Numbered from the stretch's first letter, positions 1 through 10,150 are shown. The stretch is DNA of 64,000 nucleotides from a bacterium BMS3Abin15 (GCA_002923195.1 BDTH01000074.1:9081-73080); one strand, 5' to 3'. The notes: generated by a model from the sequence alone, not told the origin. Numbers and translations: made by a program.

Positions 1-2584
1 CTATAGCTACTCTTCCTTCCACCCGACTGGCAAAACTTTGTCCGATTTTATCTGAATCCTCACGATAAAGATAAGCTCCCTCTTTGTCTTTGCAGTCAGC
101 TTCTCTTATAATAACATCTTGGGAGACATCAACCAGTCTTCTTGTTAAATAACCGGCAGTGGCTGTTCTAAGAGCTGTGTCAGCCATTCCTTTTCTGGCT
201 CCATGAGTGGATATGAAATATTCAAGAACATTGAATCCTTCCTTGAAAGAACTTTTTACAGGAAGCTCTATAGTTTCACCCGTGGGCCCTGCCATCAATC
301 CTTTCATTCCTGTCATCTGCACTACCACAGACTCGCTTCCTCTAGCCTTGGATTTGATCATAGTCGAAACCGGACCTTCTTTATCCAAAGATGTTCGAAC
401 TGAATCAGTTATTTTATTTTTAGCTTCATTCCAAATTTCTATTACTTTGTTTCTTTTTTCCTCAGTAGTTAGAAATCCCATGTCATACTGGCCCTTCACT
501 GTTTCGATTTCCTTCTCTGCTCCTTCCAATATACTTGTTTTGTTTTCCGGAATCTGCAAGTCATCCATTCCCCAACTAATCCCAGATCTAGTAGCTGCTT
601 CAAATCCCAATCCTTTCATCTTATCAACCAAAACAGCAGTCTCTTCTCCGCCAACAGTTTCCAGCATCTTAGCAACTAGCAATTTAAGATCTTTTTTAGT
701 CATCTCCTCATTAATGAATCGCATTTTAGGAGGTAAGATATCATTCAACAAAGCTCTTCCCAGGGATGTTTCAATAATTTTTTCATCGTAGTTTAATTTA
801 ATCTTGGCATTAATATCTGTTATTCCTTTATCATATGACATTATTGCTTCTTCTGTTGAGGAAAATGTCTTACCTTCGCCCGAAGCCCCTTTCTTAATAT
901 GGGTTAAGTAATAAAGCCCCAAAACAATATCCTGAGAAGGAGTTGTTATTGGCTCTCCATTGGCAGGCTTTAAAAGATTTTTAGAAGAAAGCATGTTTTC
1001 TGCGCTTTCTTCTCTAGCCTGCTTAGTCAAGGGAACATGAACAGCCATTTGGTCACCGTCAAAGTCAGCGTTAAACGCGGCACAAACTAAAGGATGAACT
1101 TGAATTGCTTTACCCTCAATAAGCACCGGCTGAAAAGCTTGAATTGAAAGACGGTGTAGAGTGGGTGCACGGTTCAAAAGAACGTAGTGATGCTCAATAA
1201 TATTGTCCAAAATTTCATATGCTTCTTCTGTTTCAGCATCTATCATCCTACCAGCCGTTCTGACATTATAGGCATATTCCTTTTCGATAAGTTTATTGAT
1301 AATGAACGGCCTAAAAAGTTCGAGAGCCATTTTTTTAGGAAGACCGCACTGATGCAACTTAAGTTGAGGTCCTACAACGATAACGCTTCTTCCAGAATAA
1401 TCAACTCTTTTACCAAGAAGGTTTTGCCTGAATCTTCCCTGCTTGCCTTTTAGGGCATCAGCTAGGGATCTTAGAGGCCTTCTTTGGCCAGTAGATGCCG
1501 CCACGGACGACTGTCCTCTTCTGGCACTATTATCAAATAGGGAATCTACTGCTTCTTGAAGCATTCTTTTCTCATTTCGAGTAATAACTTCGGGAGCGCC
1601 CAAATCAATCAATTTCCTTAATCGATTATTTCTATTAATAATTCTTCTGTATAAATCATTTAGATCAGAAGTAGCAAAACGACCTCCATCTAAAGCTACC
1701 ATGGGGCGGAGGTCTGGCGGAACAATTGGCACAACAGTTGGAAGCATCCACTCGAGTTTTAAGCCAGCATTTTTAAACCCTTGGAAAAATTTCAATCGTT
1801 TTATAAGTTTTTTCCTATCAGACGTTTCATCAGAATTGAATTCCTTGGTTAGTCCCTTAACCATATCAGCAATATTTATATTTTCTAATGTCTGGCGAAC
1901 AGCTTCTGCTCCTATGCCAGCAGAAAACACCTGACCAAAACGAGTGGACAGATTAAAGTATTCTAATTCTGATAAAATTTGGAATGGTTTTAAATTTCTA
2001 AGTTCTTCCCTGGAAGAACGATAAATTCCCTTTAGCTCTTCTAGGGCGTCTTCTACTGACGATTTATTACCTTCTATTTTTCCACCCTTTATTTCTTTTT
2101 GCTTCTGTTTATATTCAGATTCCATCTGACTCATGGATTTTTGCTTAGCTTGTTCATCAACGCTAGTAATCACATAAGCGGAAAAATAAATAACCTTTTC
2201 CAGTTCTTGAGGAGACATTCCCATTGCCAATCCTATCTTTGACGGCACTCCGCGTAAAAACCAAATATGGGAAACGGGCACAACTAGCTTTATATGCCCC
2301 ATTCTTTCTCGACGAACAACAGAGCGAGTGACTTCCACGCCACATTTATCACAAACTATTCCTTTGTAGCGAATTCGTTTGTACTTACCACAATAACACT
2401 CCCAATCCTTGGAGGGGCCAAAAATCTTCTCGCAAAAAAGCCCGTCTTTTTCATAACGCTGGGTTCGGTAGTTTATTGTTTCCGGCTTAGTGACTTCTCC
2501 ATGCGACCAGGATAATATCTCTTCAGGACTGGCCAGCTTAATCCGTACGCTTTCAAAATCACTTACCTTGGTAATATTCTCCAT
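1..2584 (-). CDS. rpoC: DNA-directed RNA polymerase beta' subunit (5' part; runs off the window start)
   Basis: Not in the ORF track because it is open at the edge. ATG at 2584 reads [21 protein letters not shown]; catalytic NADFDGD is encoded near 1060-1080; lies directly downstream of rpoB. Confidence 0.98.
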   Translation of the reverse strand, partial: MENITKVSDFESVRIKLASPEEILSWSHGEVTKPETINYRTQRYEKDGLFCEKIFGPSKDWECYCGKYKRIRYKGIVCDKCGVEVTRSVVRRERMGHIKLVVPVSHIWFLRGVPSKIGLAMGMSPQELEKVIYFSAYVITSVDEQAKQKSMSQMESEYKQKQKEIKGGKIEGNKSSVEDALEELKGIYRSSREELRNLKPFQILSELEYFNLSTRFGQVFSAGIGAEAVRQTLENINIADMVKGLTKEFNSDETSDRKKLIKRLKFFQGFKNAGLKLEWMLPTVVPIVPPDLRPMVALDGGRFATSDLNDLYRRIINRNNRLRKLIDLGAPEVITRNEKRMLQEAVDSLFDNSARRGQSSVAASTGQRRPLRSLADALKGKQGRFRQNLLGKRVDYSGRSVIVVGPQLKLHQCGLPKKMALELFRPFIINKLIEKEYAYNVRTAGRMIDAETEEAYEILDNIIEHHYVLLNRAPTLHRLSIQAFQPVLIEGKAIQVHPLVCAAFNADFDGDQMAVHVPLTKQAREESAENMLSSKNLLKPANGEPITTPSQDIVLGLYYLTHIKKGASGEGKTFSSTEEAIMSYDKGITDINAKIKLNYDEKIIETSLGRALLNDILPPKMRFINEEMTKKDLKLLVAKMLETVGGEETAVLVDKMKGLGFEAATRSGISWGMDDLQIPENKTSILEGAEKEIETVKGQYDMGFLTTEEKRNKVIEIWNEAKNKITDSVRTSLDKEGPVSTMIKSKARGSESVVVQMTGMKGLMAGPTGETIELPVKSSFKEGFNVLEYFISTHGARKGMADTALRTATAGYLTRRLVDVSQDVIIREADCKDKEGAYLYREDSDKIGQSFASRVEGRVAI

Positions 2585-2645
2585 AAATTAATTGTTTGAA
2601 ATTCTCATAAATATTTATCAGTTATCTCGCTGTAGCGGAACCCCG

Positions 2646-2677
2646 CTTGCTCCGCCAGTAGCGGAGGCCAAGGCGGT
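2646..2677 (+). repeat. GC-rich CTTGC...AGGCGG hairpin between rpoB and rpoC
   Basis: CTTGCTCCGCCAGTAGCGGAGGCCAAGGCGG with inner stem CTCCGC/GCGGAG; resembles elements at 9396, 17734, 41865 and 59105. Confidence 0.5.
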
Positions 2678-2679
2678 AA

Positions 2680-5600
2680 CTAGTCGCCGGGCCTTTCTTT
2701 TTCATCTTCTCTTTCTTTCTTAGCCCCAACTAATTCGATGTCCAGACACAGACCCTTAAGCTCGTTAACCAAAACATGAAAGGAGGCGGGAATATTAGGA
2801 CTTCTTATTGGCTCACCTTTTATGATGGACTCATAGGCTTTTGATCTTCCTAGGACATCGTCTGATTTTATAGTCAACATTTCTTGAAGCGTATGGGCAG
2901 AACCATATCCTTCCAGCGCCCAAACTTCCATTTCTCCAAATCGTTGTCCTCCAAATTGCGCTTTTCCTCCCAGAGGCTGCTGAGTTATCAAAGAATAAGG
3001 GCCAATGGATCTCATATGGATCTTGTCTTCCACTAAGTGATTAAGTTTCATCACATAAAGCACTCCTACTGTTGATTCATTGTCAAAACATTCGCCGGTT
3101 TTTCCATCAACTAATTTAACTTTTCCATTCTCGGGAAGACCAGCTTTTTTAAGCTCTTTCTTTATATCATTTTCATCTACTCCATCCAGTGAAGGAGTAG
3201 CCGCTTTGTATCCCAATTTTTGGGCCGCCCAACCAAGATGAGTTTCCAAAATTTGACCTATATTCATACGGCTAACCACTCCCAACGGATTAAGTATTAC
3301 ATCCACGGGAGTTCCATCGGGAAGATAGGGCATATCCTCTAATGGGGCAATTCTGGAAATAACTCCTTTGTTTCCATGGCGTCCGGCCAATTTATCACCG
3401 ACCGATATTTTTCTAAGTTGAGCTATCGAGACCTGGATCTGCTGAATAACTCCGGTAGGAAGCTTATCCCCTTGTTCCCTTGAGAAAATTTTAATATCTA
3501 CTGCCTTCCCATGTTCTCCGTGAGGAAGGTAAAGGGAAGAATCTTTGACATCCCGGGATTTTTCTCCAAAAATAGCGCGAAGCAGTCTCTCTTCTGCTGT
3601 TAGATCACCTTCTCCCTTGGGAGTAATCTTACCTACTAAAATGTCGCCGGAAGAAATTTCTGCCCCGACTCTAATGATTCCGGTTTCGTCCAGATTTTTT
3701 AGACGCTCTTCTCCGATATTAGGGATATCCCTAGTCACAACTTCCGGTCCCAATTTTGTATCCCTAACGTCAATTGTAAAGTCTTCAATATGGATAGAGC
3801 TATAACGGTCCTCTCTTAACAGTTTTTCAGAAATAATAATAGCATCTTCAAAGTTATATCCTTCCCAGGAAACAAAAGCCACAAGAACATTTTGTCCCAA
3901 AGCCAATTCACCATTATCAGTAGAAGCTCCATCTGCTAAAAGCTGGCCTTTCTTTATCTTATCCCCCTTGGATACCCGGGGAATCTGGTTCATGCTCGTA
4001 AAAGCATTGGACTTAACAAAACTTTGTAATCTATAGTCCCGTTTGTAATATTCTTTTTTGGCTCCAACCGGGGATTTTTCTTTTACCATAACGTGATCAG
4101 CGTCAACTTCCACTACTTCTCCGTCCTTGACCGCTAAAACCACTTGTCCGGAGTCGGAAGCTGCCTTATCTTCTATTCCTGTTCCCACGATAGGAGATTG
4201 GGGCATAACACAAGATACAGCCTGACGTTGCATATTTGATCCCATAAGGGCACGGTTAGCATCATCATGCTCTAGAAATGGAATTAGAGAAGTAGCTACT
4301 GAGATGCACTGTTTAGCAGAAACATCGACGTGATCTAATTTTTCTGCCTCTATCATTTCCGGATGTCCTTTCACTCTAGCCTCAACCAAATCATCTAAAA
4401 TATTATTATTTTCATCGATATTAACTCCGGCATGGGCAATGTTTTTGCGGTCTTCGACAGTAGCATTAAGATATTCTATTTCGCTGGCTATAAAAGGTCT
4501 TATTTTAACAGTTTTTTTATTTGTGTCAGCGATTTTTCTTGCCAGCTGTGAATTAATCTTTTCTCCAATATCAGCTACGCCAGAAATATCTTCATTTAAA
4601 ATTCTTTTTTCTAAATTTCCAGCCTTGTTTTCTACCTCCTTAACAACATTAAGATAAGGCGTTTCTAAAAACCCGTATTCATTTACTCGGGCATAAGTTG
4701 CCATATGGCCTACCAATCCGATGTTCGGACCTTCAGGTGTCTGCACCGGACAGATTTTCCCATAGTGAGAATGGTGGACGTCACGAACTTCAAATCCGGC
4801 TCTTTCTCTGGTCAGTCCCCCCGGTCCCATGGCTGAAAGACGCCTCTTGTGTTCCAGTTCGGCCAGGGGATTAACTTGATCCATAAATTGGGAAAGTTGA
4901 GAACTGGAAAAAAATTCTTTAACTGCGGCCGCCAGTGGACGGGAGTTAATTAGTTGGCCGGGAACTACGGTCTCTAAATCACAAGTACTCATTCTGTCTT
5001 TTATATTGCGCGTCATCCTGGTGATTCCAACTCTCAATTTGTTTTGAACTAATTCTCCCACTCCTCTTATTCTCCTATTGCCTAAGTGATCGATGTCATC
5101 TGCTTGCGCTAGCGGATTATTATTAAGCTTGATAACTTCTTTAATTATTGATACCAAATCTTCTATTTTAAGAACCCTGTTTTCTTCATTGTTAGGCCTT
5201 TCAGTATTTAACCGCTGATTAAGCCTGTATCGCCCCACTTTCCCGAAGTCGTATCTCTCGAAATTGAAGAACATAGCATCAATCATCTGCTTAGCATTTT
5301 CAATGGTGGCCATATCACCGGGACGGATTCTTTTGTACACCTCTATATATCCCTCGCCTTGGTTCTTGGATGAATCTTTCGCGATGGTGCTTTCAATGTA
5401 TTTAATTTCTCCTGTATCCACATCGGTGAATTCCTTTTCAATCTTCCCGTTAGTATCATGGCCAAAAGCGCGAAGCAGCGCTGTGATAGGAACTTTTCTT
5501 TTTCTATCAATTTTTACTGAAATCACGCCGTCTAAGTCAGTATCAATTTCCAGCCAGGCGCCGCGGTTGGGAATAATCTTAGCTCCAAAAAGTTTTTTTC

Positions 5601-6084
5601 CTTTTTGATATTCCATATTAAAAAACACACCGGGGCTGCGAATCAGCTGGCTAACCACTACTCTCTCTACTCCATTGATAATAAAAGTTCCCCTATCAGT
5701 CATGATGGGGAAATCACCCAGGTATATTTCCTGTTCCTTAACCTCTCCGGTTTGCTTTATAACAAGCTTAGCTTTAGCCCGCAAAGGAGCCTCATAAGAG
5801 ATATTCTTATTTCTTGCAGTTGTCTCGTCATACTTAGGCTCGTCTAGATAATAATCAGCAATAGATATTTCCAGATCCTTGCCTGTAAAATCCACAATAG
5901 GATTTACTTCATCAAGTAATTCTTTAAATCCCTTATCTAAAAACCACTTGTAAGAATCAAGTTGCGCTTCAATAAGATTAGGAAGCGACACCATAAGGCG
6001 TCTTTTGAAGAATTTTCTTTTGGAAAGCGAAGAAGAAGAACTAAAGGTATCTTTAACCTTTAAAGTTTTTTGTCCTTTAAGCAT
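2680..6084 (-). CDS. rpoB: DNA-directed RNA polymerase beta subunit
   Basis: Motifs SQLSQFMDQ, GDKLAGRHGNKG and GGQRFGEMEVWALE; start placed at MLKGQK (ORF extends to 6144). Confidence 0.98.
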   Translation of the reverse strand: MLKGQKTLKVKDTFSSSSSLSKRKFFKRRLMVSLPNLIEAQLDSYKWFLDKGFKELLDEVNPIVDFTGKDLEISIADYYLDEPKYDETTARNKNISYEAPLRAKAKLVIKQTGEVKEQEIYLGDFPIMTDRGTFIINGVERVVVSQLIRSPGVFFNMEYQKGKKLFGAKIIPNRGAWLEIDTDLDGVISVKIDRKRKVPITALLRAFGHDTNGKIEKEFTDVDTGEIKYIESTIAKDSSKNQGEGYIEVYKRIRPGDMATIENAKQMIDAMFFNFERYDFGKVGRYRLNQRLNTERPNNEENRVLKIEDLVSIIKEVIKLNNNPLAQADDIDHLGNRRIRGVGELVQNKLRVGITRMTRNIKDRMSTCDLETVVPGQLINSRPLAAAVKEFFSSSQLSQFMDQVNPLAELEHKRRLSAMGPGGLTRERAGFEVRDVHHSHYGKICPVQTPEGPNIGLVGHMATYARVNEYGFLETPYLNVVKEVENKAGNLEKRILNEDISGVADIGEKINSQLARKIADTNKKTVKIRPFIASEIEYLNATVEDRKNIAHAGVNIDENNNILDDLVEARVKGHPEMIEAEKLDHVDVSAKQCISVATSLIPFLEHDDANRALMGSNMQRQAVSCVMPQSPIVGTGIEDKAASDSGQVVLAVKDGEVVEVDADHVMVKEKSPVGAKKEYYKRDYRLQSFVKSNAFTSMNQIPRVSKGDKIKKGQLLADGASTDNGELALGQNVLVAFVSWEGYNFEDAIIISEKLLREDRYSSIHIEDFTIDVRDTKLGPEVVTRDIPNIGEERLKNLDETGIIRVGAEISSGDILVGKITPKGEGDLTAEERLLRAIFGEKSRDVKDSSLYLPHGEHGKAVDIKIFSREQGDKLPTGVIQQIQVSIAQLRKISVGDKLAGRHGNKGVISRIAPLEDMPYLPDGTPVDVILNPLGVVSRMNIGQILETHLGWAAQKLGYKAATPSLDGVDENDIKKELKKAGLPENGKVKLVDGKTGECFDNESTVGVLYVMKLNHLVEDKIHMRSIGPYSLITQQPLGGKAQFGGQRFGEMEVWALEGYGSAHTLQEMLTIKSDDVLGRSKAYESIIKGEPIRSPNIPASFHVLVNELKGLCLDIELVGAKKEREDEKERPGD

Positions 6085-6280
6085 AAAAACAGCTCTCACT
6101 GGCACTACCTTACTCCGCTCATTTTCTTGGAAGCAAAGGTACACTGCTCAATGAGGTTTATGAAAAGATATTTAATTGCTTATTGAATAAGTCATTCCCC
6201 CTTGACCCCGTATATACAAAATACGGTTGGTTTTCACTATATAAAAAATGTATGACTTTTATGAGAATATTCAGTCTTGA

Positions 6281-6341
6281 CCCCGTTAAACCTTCGTCCT
6301 GAGTTTGTCTGCGCCCCATGTAAATCAAAGATTTAACGGGG
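6281..6341. mobile_element. 61-bp miniature inverted-repeat element (CCCYG family)
   Basis: CCCCGTTAAA...TTTAACGGGG termini flanked by a perfect TTGA direct repeat (6277-6280 and 6342-6345). Confidence 0.8.
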
Positions 6342-6561
6342 TTGACAAGTATTGTTCATTGTATACCTAAGTGGAAAATAATGCAAGAAATAGCTTACTT
6401 TTCCGGATTTAAGCACCTAAAGATCTTAACATTATATTGTTTTCTTGTCAAATATGGCTTAAATAAAGGATTTTTAAAAAATGTCGGTTTTTTATCCAAT
6501 TACAGAATTAACTCTATAATTAATTTAACCAACAAGTTATCCACAATTTAGTAACTCTTTC

Positions 6562-6822
6562 TTATTTATTCGCATAATTCCACGCGTTAGCCACTGACTT
6601 GGCGATTCGGGTAGTTGTATAGCCGGCTGGGATGTCAGTTTTTACTGTTAATTTTATATTTTCTTTGTTTATTTTATTTTTCCTAATAAGTTTGTCTATT
6701 TCCGGCAGAAGTTTTTCGCTTAAATTATTTTCATCATTCCACAAAGAAGAGCCGATAACTTTCTTGTTATCTTTCAATTGCAAAGTAATTTTTTCTTTCT
6801 TCAAATGGATGTATAAATACAT
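6562..6822 (-). CDS. Short TsaB-like protein (N-terminal domain only)
   Basis: SEKLLPEIDKL and PAGYTTTRIAKSVANA resemble the TsaB HSExLLPxI and GPGSFTGxRIG segments; 86 aa. Confidence 0.6.
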   Translation of the reverse strand: MYLYIHLKKEKITLQLKDNKKVIGSSLWNDENNLSEKLLPEIDKLIRKNKINKENIKLTVKTDIPAGYTTTRIAKSVANAWNYANK

Positions 6823-6827
6823 ATTAA

Positions 6828-6863
6828 CTCGAATTTACGAATAATTACCCGAATTACTCGAAT
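6828..6863. repeat. 4x YWCGAAT-like array (left arm around the GxxExxY gene)
   Basis: CTCGAAT 6828, TACGAAT 6836, CCCGAAT 6848, CTCGAAT 6857. Confidence 0.75.
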
Positions 6864-7257
6864 GAAATTTCGGATTGATTACCCGCTTGGGGCTTAAATA
6901 ATGTGATCTGAAATTTACTATTATCCCTAAAGGCAAATTTGCTACTTCTAAATATCTCATCATCTGATAAAAATCTTCTTTTGTGATTAATCTCTTAGCC
7001 TTAAAATCCACAATTATTTTTTGGTCTATAATAAAATCCGGGATATTCCCTCTTGAATTAACGTTGCTAAAGATTTTATTAATTTCTTTTTCTCTTTGAT
7101 ATTCAACATTGTTTTCTTTTAAATGCTTTTCAAAAGCATCACAATACTGTCTCTCAGACATAGACCTGCCTAATTCATTATGCACTTTGAAAAACAAACC
7201 AGTCAACTTATAGGATAATTTTGGATAATATATATTTTTGTTTTTTACCAATGTCAT
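6835..7257 (-). CDS. GxxExxY family protein (PD-(D/E)xK-like fold)
   Basis: VHNELGRSMSERQY, PDFIIDQKIIVDFK, QMMRYL and LGIIVNF motifs. Confidence 0.88.
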   Translation of the reverse strand: MTLVKNKNIYYPKLSYKLTGLFFKVHNELGRSMSERQYCDAFEKHLKENNVEYQREKEINKIFSNVNSRGNIPDFIIDQKIIVDFKAKRLITKEDFYQMMRYLEVANLPLGIIVNFRSHYLSPKRVINPKFHSSNSGNYS

Positions 7258-7260
7258 ATT

Positions 7261-7297
7261 ATTCGAGACATTCGAGTTTAGATTCGAATCATTCGGA
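7261..7297. repeat. 4x ATTCGRR array (right arm, inverted relative to 6828-6863)
   Basis: ATTCGAG 7261, ATTCGAG 7270, ATTCGAA 7282, ATTCGGA 7291. Confidence 0.75.
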
Positions 7298-8050
7298 TTA
7301 TTCTATTTTATTCCAATCAAAGTTCCACGGATCGTCTTTTCTTCCTGGAGCAATTTGATCGTGGCCTAATGTATACTTAATGGAATATTTCAATTTTAAG
7401 TAATTTATTAGTTCATTTAGTGTTTCATATTGATTTGAAGTATATTCGTCAGTCTTCGTGTTTATTAATTCTATACCGATGGAAAAATTATTAACATCTG
7501 TTCTTCCATCAGAAACACTGCTCACTCCGGCGTGATAAGCGATGTTCTTATCTTGCACCAATTGATATATTTTTCCCTTTCTGTCTATTAAATAATGAGT
7601 GGCTACCCCATATTGTTTATATTCATTAATAAGCCCGTCCAAATCATAAGGATCATTACCTAGAGCATTATAAGAAGAATGAATTACAATTGTATCAATA
7701 GAGCGGTTACTGGCTGACTGATATCCCCAAGAAACAAGTTTATTAATAATGTCGGGCGCGCCCACGCCTTCCTCAATAATTTCTTTTTCTTTATCTTCTT
7801 CAGTTTCATTTTCAGTAACTATTGGTGCATCAATAATTTCGGCTTCTTCTGTATTGCTTATTATATCTTCAACCTCCTTATTTTTAGCGGTCACTTCTAT
7901 ATCACTTTCTTCCTGTTGTATATTTTGCATACCCGCATTCTTAATCGCTATCTTTTTCGTATCCTTAAAAACAAAATAAAAAATACTTGCTCCTGCAAGA
8001 AAGATGATAACAATTAATAATTTTTTAGAAAGAATATTTTTAATCATCAA
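7298..8050 (-). CDS. Membrane-anchored N-acetylmuramoyl-L-alanine amidase (Amidase_2/AmpD family)
   Basis: N-terminal TM helix and acidic linker; IVIHS, HYLIDRKG, AYHAG, SIGIEL and GHDQIAPGRKDDP motifs. Confidence 0.9.
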   Translation of the reverse strand: MMIKNILSKKLLIVIIFLAGASIFYFVFKDTKKIAIKNAGMQNIQQEESDIEVTAKNKEVEDIISNTEEAEIIDAPIVTENETEEDKEKEIIEEGVGAPDIINKLVSWGYQSASNRSIDTIVIHSSYNALGNDPYDLDGLINEYKQYGVATHYLIDRKGKIYQLVQDKNIAYHAGVSSVSDGRTDVNNFSIGIELINTKTDEYTSNQYETLNELINYLKLKYSIKYTLGHDQIAPGRKDDPWNFDWNKIE

Positions 8051-8119
8051 TCATACTTTCTCATACTTATTAAATTGAAGCAATGAACTTGTTCAGTAAC
8101 AAGTTACTGAACACTTTTA

Positions 8120-9283
8120 TTAGCGAAGTGCCTCATTGATAACATCTTCGTCTTGACAGGAATACTTTCTATCCGCAGAATAAAACCTTTCATATTTACC
8201 GTGGCATCCCCCATTGTATTTTGGTAGTGGCGTCGTTATCGGCATTAAAAATCCCATATCGCGAGAAGTAAAAAATTTATGCAGACTGCGTAATGTTTTA
8301 GTCCTGGTATCTTTGTTCATATTAACAAAAATACTCATATCATCCCCGGACTTGGCACTCCAATCAAGATGAAGTAGGACATTATTGGCTTTGGAAGAAA
8401 ATCTTTCGTGCCAGATAAGCGCCCAACACCAATCACCTTCCTGCTGCCACCAGTGAGAATGGCAAGGACCGTCCTCTATATTTCCGCTGCCATCTATGCC
8501 CACGCCGCCTTCAATGTAATCAAAAAGTTTTAAGTATTCCGGGTTATCAATATCATTCGTTTGGGCGCCAATTACAATTTCTGTATTTTTAAAGTCAGCG
8601 TACTCTCTCATTTCCCGGATTATTTCCGGAATTATAGGATTAGAAAGATCGCTTCTTTCCTGATAAAAAATTTGACCGAATAAAAAACTCTGGATGCCCA
8701 TGTCTATGGCCTGTTCGGTGATGTATCTTAAGTATTTCCTGTATTCTTCTTTTTTGAAAGACGGAATGCAGGTATGCTCCCCCCAGAAATTCTTGCTGTG
8801 CCCGCGGCACATCTCGTCAAATTCAAATTCCCGTTTTTCAGCCGGATAATAATAATTATCTTTCACATCAATAGCTTCGGCAATGAACATTCCATAAACG
8901 ATATCTTTCTTTTTGATTTTCTTTTTGATTTTTTTGGCCTTTTTAAAATCAGGCGGCTCCAGCCAAGTTTCAATGGCCCGATGGAGATAATAGCATTCCG
9001 ATCGATTAATCAGTTTAGCGTTTTCATTTGTTCTTCCCCCATAACTGGTAAGAAATCCGTCAGCCACGCATCCTTTGGTTTTCATCTTTTCCATTGATGG
9101 AGGCGGGGGTGGGGGCAATGGATCAGGGAGCACCTTTTTATATAATCTTATCACTATGGGAACATATTTTGTTTCGTCATCAACTGAAAAGCTTGAAGTA
9201 AAGTCAATCAAAATAGCAGTTGTAAATATTGCAACTGACAACACAATTATTATTCCTTTCCACGTTTTGATAGGATGTGCCAT
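8120..9283 (-). CDS. Exported hypothetical protein (TM anchor, poly-Pro linker, Cys/Trp-rich domain)
   Basis: 387-aa ORF with hydrophobic N-terminus and PDPLPPPPPP linker; no family recognised. Confidence 0.6.
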   Translation of the reverse strand: MAHPIKTWKGIIIVLSVAIFTTAILIDFTSSFSVDDETKYVPIVIRLYKKVLPDPLPPPPPPSMEKMKTKGCVADGFLTSYGGRTNENAKLINRSECYYLHRAIETWLEPPDFKKAKKIKKKIKKKDIVYGMFIAEAIDVKDNYYYPAEKREFEFDEMCRGHSKNFWGEHTCIPSFKKEEYRKYLRYITEQAIDMGIQSFLFGQIFYQERSDLSNPIIPEIIREMREYADFKNTEIVIGAQTNDIDNPEYLKLFDYIEGGVGIDGSGNIEDGPCHSHWWQQEGDWCWALIWHERFSSKANNVLLHLDWSAKSGDDMSIFVNMNKDTRTKTLRSLHKFFTSRDMGFLMPITTPLPKYNGGCHGKYERFYSADRKYSCQDEDVINEALR

Positions 9284-9395
9284 TAGTACTTAATACAATT
9301 ATTAGGGATAATATTTACTTTATATCAATTCATCCCCCTAGACAAAGGCTGATTTTTAGGTATAATGATGTTTAGTGTTTTATTCGCTAAGCGGG

Positions 9396-9425
9396 CTTGC
9401 CTCGCCGGAGCGGAGCACAGGCGGG
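9396..9425 (+). repeat. CTTGCC...AGGCGGG hairpin element overlapping the tRNA-Gly 5' end
   Basis: GCGGG (9391-9395), then CTTGCCTCGCCGGAGCGGAGCACAG, then GCGGG (9421-9425, tRNA nt 1-5). Confidence 0.65.
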
Positions 9426-9492
9426 ATTCGTATAGTGGCTATTATATCTGCCTTCCAAGCAGAGGACGCCAGTTCGATTCTGGTATCCCGCT
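9421..9492 (+). tRNA. tRNA-Gly(TCC)
   Basis: Acceptor GCGGGAT/ATCCCGC; anticodon arm TCTGC-CTTCCAA-GCAGA; T arm GCCAG-TTCGATT-CTGGT; U73; CCA not encoded. Confidence 0.95.
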
Positions 9493-9496
9493 CATA

Positions 9497-9524
9497 AAAA
9501 GAAACCCCTTGAGGGGTTTCTTTT
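9497..9524. terminator. Bidirectional intrinsic terminator
   Basis: AAAAGAAACCCC-TTGA-GGGGTTTCTTTT between the convergent tRNA-Gly and rubrerythrin genes. Confidence 0.85.
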
Positions 9525-9544
9525 ATTTGTAACAAAGTTTTTGA

Positions 9545-10129
9545 TTAATACTCTTCGCACTTAACCTGAGAAAAACTTTTTTCATGATCGCAAGACGGAC
9601 ATTTTTCCAGTGGTTCTTTGCCTACATGCTGATACCCGCACTCCCTGCAAATCCAGATTACTTCTTTATCTTTTTTAAATACTGATCCCCCTTCCAAGAC
9701 AGCTAGTAGTTTTTTATATCTTTCCTCATGATGCTCCTCGGCTTTGGCAATTGACCGCAATCGAACTGCAATCTTGTCTAGCCCTTTTTTCTCTGCTTCA
9801 TCAGCAAATTCTGGATACATCTCTGTGTATTCATAATTTTCTCCGGCGATTGATGCTTTAAGATTTTCTACAGTGGTATCGTAAACTGTTGGAGCAGCTA
9901 CTTCTACCTTTATTTCATCTAAATTCTCATCGCTTTCTTTTTTTAATTCGTTGATATGTTCGAATAGCCGCTTGGCATGTTCTTTCTCTTGGTCGGCTGT
10001 TTCGGCAAAAATTCCGCCAATCTGCTCGTAGCCTTCCTTTCTGGCAACTTTGGCATAAAAAGTGTAACGATTCCTAGCTTGGGATTCACCAATGAAGGCC
10101 TTAGCTAAATTCTCGATTGTTTTCTTCAT
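9545..10129 (-). CDS. rbr: Rubrerythrin
   Basis: GESQARNRY, EKEHA, GENYE, AEEHHE and C-terminal CRECG...CPSC rubredoxin motif. Confidence 0.95.
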   Translation of the reverse strand: MKKTIENLAKAFIGESQARNRYTFYAKVARKEGYEQIGGIFAETADQEKEHAKRLFEHINELKKESDENLDEIKVEVAAPTVYDTTVENLKASIAGENYEYTEMYPEFADEAEKKGLDKIAVRLRSIAKAEEHHEERYKKLLAVLEGGSVFKKDKEVIWICRECGYQHVGKEPLEKCPSCDHEKSFSQVKCEEY

Positions 10130-10150
10130 TTTTTTTTATCAAATCAATTA

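Noticed and set aside
4800-4920. Rifampicin-resistance substitutions in RpoB
   Set aside because: The cluster I sequence SQFMDQVNPLAELEHKRRLS keeps the usual sensitive Q, D, H and S residues.
203-5847. Many short plus-strand ORFs over rpoC and rpoB, and similar antisense ORFs throughout the window
   Set aside because: They are shadows of long conserved genes on the opposite strand and carry no motifs of their own.
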